From the NCBI GenBank assembly GCA_963718235.1, contig CAVQYR010000002.1, positions 1 to 64,000 of the forward strand: a stretch of DNA of 64,000 nt, read 5' to 3'. Below, piece after piece: positions 60,399 through 64,000 of this stretch. The first letter of the stretch is position 1, and each line of letters starts with the position of its first letter. The position numbers were made by a program, and so were the translations under genes. This stretch comes from an uncultured Actinomycetota bacterium. Lineage in GTDB: Bacteria; Actinomycetota; Actinomycetes; JAHEKZ01. Below the pieces are notes generated by a model. It saw only the letters and a list, made by a program, of their open reading frames with translations. It ran no database searches and was not told the DNA's origin.

Positions 60399-61058
60399 CT
60401 ACGCCTGCTCGATCCGCTCGACCCGCTGTCCCGTGGCTGTGTGCACGATGCGGCGGGCGACCGACACCGAGTGGTCGGCGAAGCGCTCGTAGAAGCGCAC
60501 GGCCATGGCCAGCTCGATCGCCGCCTCGACGCCGTGCTGCCACTCCGGTGAGAACAGGTACGCCATGAGCTGCCGTTGCAGCTCGTCCATCCGGTCGTCC
60601 TCGGTCTCCATGCGCAGCGCGTGCTCTACGTCGAGGCTGGAGATGATGTCGCCGTCCTCGAACGCCAGCCGGACCGCGAGGTCGCCCATCTCACGGATGG
60701 TCTCGCGCAGCTCGTCAGGGACGGCCTTGCCGGGGTAGCTGTTGCGGGCGATCTGCGCGATGTGCTCGGCGAGGTCGCCCATCCGCTCCAACGTAGCGCT
60801 CATCCGCAGGGCGCCGATGACCGTGCGCAGCTCGCCGGCGACCGGCGCCTGGAGCGCGATGAGGTCGAGGGACTGCTCCTCGATCCGGTCGGCGACGACG
60901 TCGATGTCTGAGTCGCTGGCGATGACGCTCTCGGCCGCGCTCAGGTCGGCGTCGAGCAACGAGTGGGTCGCCCGGCCCATCGCGTCGCCGACCATCTTGG
61001 TCATGGTGACCAGCTCGCCGCGGATCTCGTTCAGCTGCTCGTGGTATTGCTCTCGCAT
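60399..61058 (-). CDS. phoU: Phosphate signalling protein PhoU
   Basis: MREQYHEQL, LQAPVAGELR, LERMGDLAEH, RFYERFADH. Confidence 0.96.
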   Translation of the reverse strand: MREQYHEQLNEIRGELVTMTKMVGDAMGRATHSLLDADLSAAESVIASDSDIDVVADRIEEQSLDLIALQAPVAGELRTVIGALRMSATLERMGDLAEHIAQIARNSYPGKAVPDELRETIREMGDLAVRLAFEDGDIISSLDVEHALRMETEDDRMDELQRQLMAYLFSPEWQHGVEAAIELAMAVRFYERFADHSVSVARRIVHTATGQRVERIEQA

Positions 61059-61082
61059 GCCCCCAGGGTAGGGGGTGACCGT

Positions 61083-61141
61083 GTGAACTGAGGACTCGAC
61101 CGGTGAACGATGCTCGACCCGGGAGTGAACGTTCCTCTAAC
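61083..61141. promoter_or_regulatory. PHO-box-like repeats (RegX3/PhoP sites) in the phoU-senX3 divergent promoter
   Basis: GTGAAC at 61083, 61103, 61125; weaker units at 61114 and 61136 give 11-bp phasing. Confidence 0.65.
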
Positions 61142-61202
61142 GGACCACGCCCCGAGGACCGGGCCGGCAAACAGGCCGGTGCAGGCACGTACGCTGAGCG
61201 CC

Positions 61203-62411
61203 GTGTCCCGCAAGGAGTCCGGCAAGGACGCCGGCAAGCACCTGCCTCCCGGCGCGGAGGAGGTCCTGGTCACGCTGCGCCAGGCGTGGGTGGTGCTCGG
61301 CCCTGACGACAAGGTGGTCCGGCGAAGCGCTGCAGCGGTCCCCTACGGGCTGGTCCGCGGCAAGCGGCTTCGGGTCGACGAGGTCGCCACGCTGGTCCGC
61401 CGCGTCCGCCGCGACCGGGCCATGCGGGAGCTGTCACTGCAGGTGCCGCGCAGCCACCGGGGCACCGAGCTGCTCTCCCTCGACGTCCGGGTGGCCCCGC
61501 TGGGCGACCACGTGCTCGTGCTGGCCGAGGACCGTTCGGCCGTGCGCCGGGTCGACGCCGTCCGTCGCGACTTCGTCGCCAACGTCAGCCACGAGCTGAA
61601 GACCCCCGTCGGCGCCCTGTCGCTGCTGGCCGAGGCCGTGCAGGGCTCGGCCGACGACCCCGAGGCGGTCCGCCGCTTCTCGCACCGTATGCAGCACGAG
61701 GCAGGTCGACTGACCCAGCTCGTGCAGGACCTCATCTCACTGTCCCGGTTGCAGACGCACGACCCCCTGCGCGACGGCGCCAGCGTCCACGTCGACGACG
61801 TCGTCTCCGAGGCGGCCGACGGCATGCACCTGGAGGCAGACGCCAGGCAGATCAGGCTCGAGGTGCGCGGGCAGCACGGCCTGACGATGTTCGGCGACGA
61901 GGACCAGCTGGTCACTGCCGTGCGCAACCTGATCACCAACGCGGTCAACTACAGCGCGGATCACACGCGGGTCACGGTCACGGTGCAGGCCGTGGGTAAA
62001 CGTGACGACGTCGTCGAGATCGCCATCACCGACCAGGGGATCGGGATCCCGGAGGGCGACCTCGAGCGGGTGTTCGAGCGCTTCTACCGGGTCGACCCCG
62101 CCCGCTCGCGGGCCACGGGCGGCACCGGACTGGGGTTGTCCATCGTCAAGCACATCATCACCAACCACGGCGGTGAGGTTCAGGTCTGGAGCAGCCCCGG
62201 CTCGGGCTCCACCTTCACGTTGCGGCTGCCGCGCTACCGCGCGGAGACCGATGCGGTGTCGGCCGTGGAGTCGACCGCCACGACCGAGCGACGCAGCGCC
62301 AAGGCCGCCGTGAAGAAGCTCAGCAAGCCGATCGCCAAGCCCACCGCACCCCCTATTCCCGTCGACACACCCCCGCAAGGGGCCGGCAAAGACCATGAGG
62401 TGGCTTCGTGA
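61203..62411 (+). CDS. senX3: Sensor histidine kinase SenX3/PhoR
   Basis: RRDFVANVSHELKTP, NLITNAVNYS, DQGIGIP, FERFYRVD, GGTGLGLSI; start inferred from TACGCT -10 element plus GTG. Confidence 0.92.
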   Translation: MSRKESGKDAGKHLPPGAEEVLVTLRQAWVVLGPDDKVVRRSAAAVPYGLVRGKRLRVDEVATLVRRVRRDRAMRELSLQVPRSHRGTELLSLDVRVAPLGDHVLVLAEDRSAVRRVDAVRRDFVANVSHELKTPVGALSLLAEAVQGSADDPEAVRRFSHRMQHEAGRLTQLVQDLISLSRLQTHDPLRDGASVHVDDVVSEAADGMHLEADARQIRLEVRGQHGLTMFGDEDQLVTAVRNLITNAVNYSADHTRVTVTVQAVGKRDDVVEIAITDQGIGIPEGDLERVFERFYRVDPARSRATGGTGLGLSIVKHIITNHGGEVQVWSSPGSGSTFTLRLPRYRAETDAVSAVESTATTERRSAKAAVKKLSKPIAKPTAPPIPVDTPPQGAGKDHEVAS

Positions 62412-63088
62412 CCCGAGTGCTCGTCGTCGAGGACGAGGAATCGTTCAGTGATGCGTTGTCGTACATGCTCCGCAAGGAGGGGTACGAGGTGGCCGTGGCG
62501 CAGACCGGCCCCGATGCGCTCGATGAGTTCGACCGGAGCGGTGCCGACCTGGTGCTGCTCGACCTGATGCTCCCCGGCCTTCCCGGCACCGAGGTCTGTC
62601 GCCAGCTGAGGCAGCGCAGTGGAGTGCCGGTCATCATGCTCACCGCGAAGGACAGCGAGGTCGACAAGGTCGTGGGCCTGGAGCTCGGGGCCGACGACTA
62701 CGTCACCAAGCCGTTCTCGTCACGTGAGCTGGTGGCCCGGATCCGGGCCGTGCTGCGTCGCGGTGGCGAGCCCGACGAGCTGTTGCCGCTGGTGCTGGAG
62801 GGTGGCCCGGTCCGGATGGACGTCGACCGGCACACCGTGACCGTCAACGGCGAGAGCGTGAAGCTGCCGCTCAAGGAGTTCGAGCTGTTGGAGATGCTGC
62901 TGCGCAACGCGGGCCGGGTGCTGACCCGGATGCAGCTCATCGACCGGGTGTGGGGCAGCGACTACGTGGGTGACACCAAGACCCTGGACGTCCACATCAA
63001 GCGGCTGCGGGCCAAGATCGAGGCCGACCCGGCGAACCCCCGCCACATCTTGACCTTGCGTGGGCTGGGCTACAAGTACGAGCTCTAG
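62408..63088 (+). CDS. regX3: Response regulator RegX3/PhoP
   Basis: VEDEESFSDALSY, LLDLMLPG, DDYVTKPFS, VGDTKTLDVHIKRLR. Confidence 0.96.
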   Translation: MTRVLVVEDEESFSDALSYMLRKEGYEVAVAQTGPDALDEFDRSGADLVLLDLMLPGLPGTEVCRQLRQRSGVPVIMLTAKDSEVDKVVGLELGADDYVTKPFSSRELVARIRAVLRRGGEPDELLPLVLEGGPVRMDVDRHTVTVNGESVKLPLKEFELLEMLLRNAGRVLTRMQLIDRVWGSDYVGDTKTLDVHIKRLRAKIEADPANPRHILTLRGLGYKYEL

Positions 63089-63594
63089 GAGCCGCTGGGA
63101 ACCACGACGTCGGCGAACACGCCGTCCTGGGCGGTGACCAGGACGTCGCGGGTGACGTTGCCCGCGCTGGCGAAGCGCAGCGTGAGCGTGGTCCACGACC
63201 CGGCCGTGCTGCCGAGATCCGGCCACGAGACCGTTGGACCGCCCTCGCTGCCGATGGTCACGGTCGAACCGGGTGCGAAGATCAGCGAGCCGCCGGCGAT
63301 GGTGGCCGCGACGTCGTCGGCCGTGACCGCGACCAGGGACTCCGGCTCGTCGGTCTTGTTGCGGATCGTGGCCACCAGGGTGCCTTGGCCGGCGTCGTTC
63401 GCGACGATGATCACCCCACGAAGGGCGAGGTAGGGCTCACCGCGCGTGGGCTGAGCCGGGGCGTTGATGTTGCGGCCGTCGACCGGGCTGTACTCCTGCG
63501 AGGTCTGCGCGTTGGCGCCGGCTTGGCAGGCCGCCAGGGCCAGGGCGACTGCGCCGGCGGCCAGCGCGAAGCCGACGCGGCGAACGGGACTCAT
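63085..63594 (-). CDS. LpqE-like lipoprotein
   Basis: Lipobox LALAAC followed by QAGANAQT; located downstream of regX3. Confidence 0.7.
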   Translation of the reverse strand: MSPVRRVGFALAAGAVALALAACQAGANAQTSQEYSPVDGRNINAPAQPTRGEPYLALRGVIIVANDAGQGTLVATIRNKTDEPESLVAVTADDVAATIAGGSLIFAPGSTVTIGSEGGPTVSWPDLGSTAGSWTTLTLRFASAGNVTRDVLVTAQDGVFADVVVPSGS

Positions 63595-63696
63595 CACGGT
63601 GACGGGTACTCCTTCGGAGACGGGTCGGCCCAGGGTATCGGTTGGCCCCACCTTCGGGAGGGCCCACGGGAGGCATGGGTGGGGGCCCACGGGGGC

Positions 63697-64000
63697 CTAC
63701 AGGAGGGGACCCGAGGCCACGAGCACCACGACGTCAGCCACGGCGACGCCGGCGACCAGCACGAAAGGGGTGCGTGACCGGGCCGGCCAGGTGACGAGCA
63801 GCGCCGCCACGAGGGCCCCAGCCCCCAGCGAGAGCACGACCCAGCCGATCGGGGTGGGTGGGCCCGCCGGGGCCACCACGAGCACGGCCGTCGCGGCCGT
63901 GAGCGTGACCGCAGTGGCGACCCGGGTGCCGCGTCGGCCCAGCCGGTGCGGCAGACCCTGGACCCCCGCGTCCGCGTCGACCTCGAGGTCGGGCAGGGAG
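63697..64000 (-). CDS. UbiA-family prenyltransferase, C-terminal part
   Basis: LPDLEVDADAGVQGLPHRLG followed by TM helices; runs off the window edge. Confidence 0.7.
   Translation of the reverse strand, partial: SLPDLEVDADAGVQGLPHRLGRRGTRVATAVTLTAATAVLVVAPAGPPTPIGWVVLSLGAGALVAALLVTWPARSRTPFVLVAGVAVADVVVLVASGPLL

Overview
High-GC actinobacterial chromosomal DNA. Scattered 1-nt indels split many genes and are probably long-read assembly errors; they are densest in 1-10 kb. Layout: (i) 1-27 kb, a mosaic surface-polysaccharide locus: a lower-GC block (Wzy-like, Wzx, methyltransferases, glycosyltransferases, nucleotide-sugar dehydrogenase) joins at gmd to a host-GC block (second Wzx, perosamine-type aminotransferase and acetyltransferase, more GTs/MTases, WecB/TagA, epimerase, priming transferase), with a VapBC-type toxin-antitoxin pair inside. 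(ii) 27-36 kb, accessory genes, dtd and an AbiEi/DUF559 nuclease gene bracketed by a 51-bp palindromic repeat family. (iii) 36-42 kb, the best candidate for an undescribed system: a ~1200-aa protein with a DUF4388/MshEN-like c-di-GMP head, fourteen 19-residue ExxAWxxHxxWL repeats, a tandem-repeat helical rod and a KKKKGLFGR tail. It has a sigma28/WhiG-type promoter and lies divergent from a BKACE-rsiG operon; RsiG is a c-di-GMP-dependent anti-sigma factor. Similar sigma28-type promoters sit between the divergent glycan core genes. (iv) 42-64 kb, an arsenic cluster, the xre-hbhA-DUF2516 block, alaX, mshA-ybjN, an inserted P1B-ATPase-hemerythrin, gpmA, an ATPase-less ABC importer with a PHP hydrolase, and phoU/senX3/regX3. 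No rRNA, tRNA, CRISPR array or transposase was recognised. All calls are by-eye motif recognition; no searches were run.
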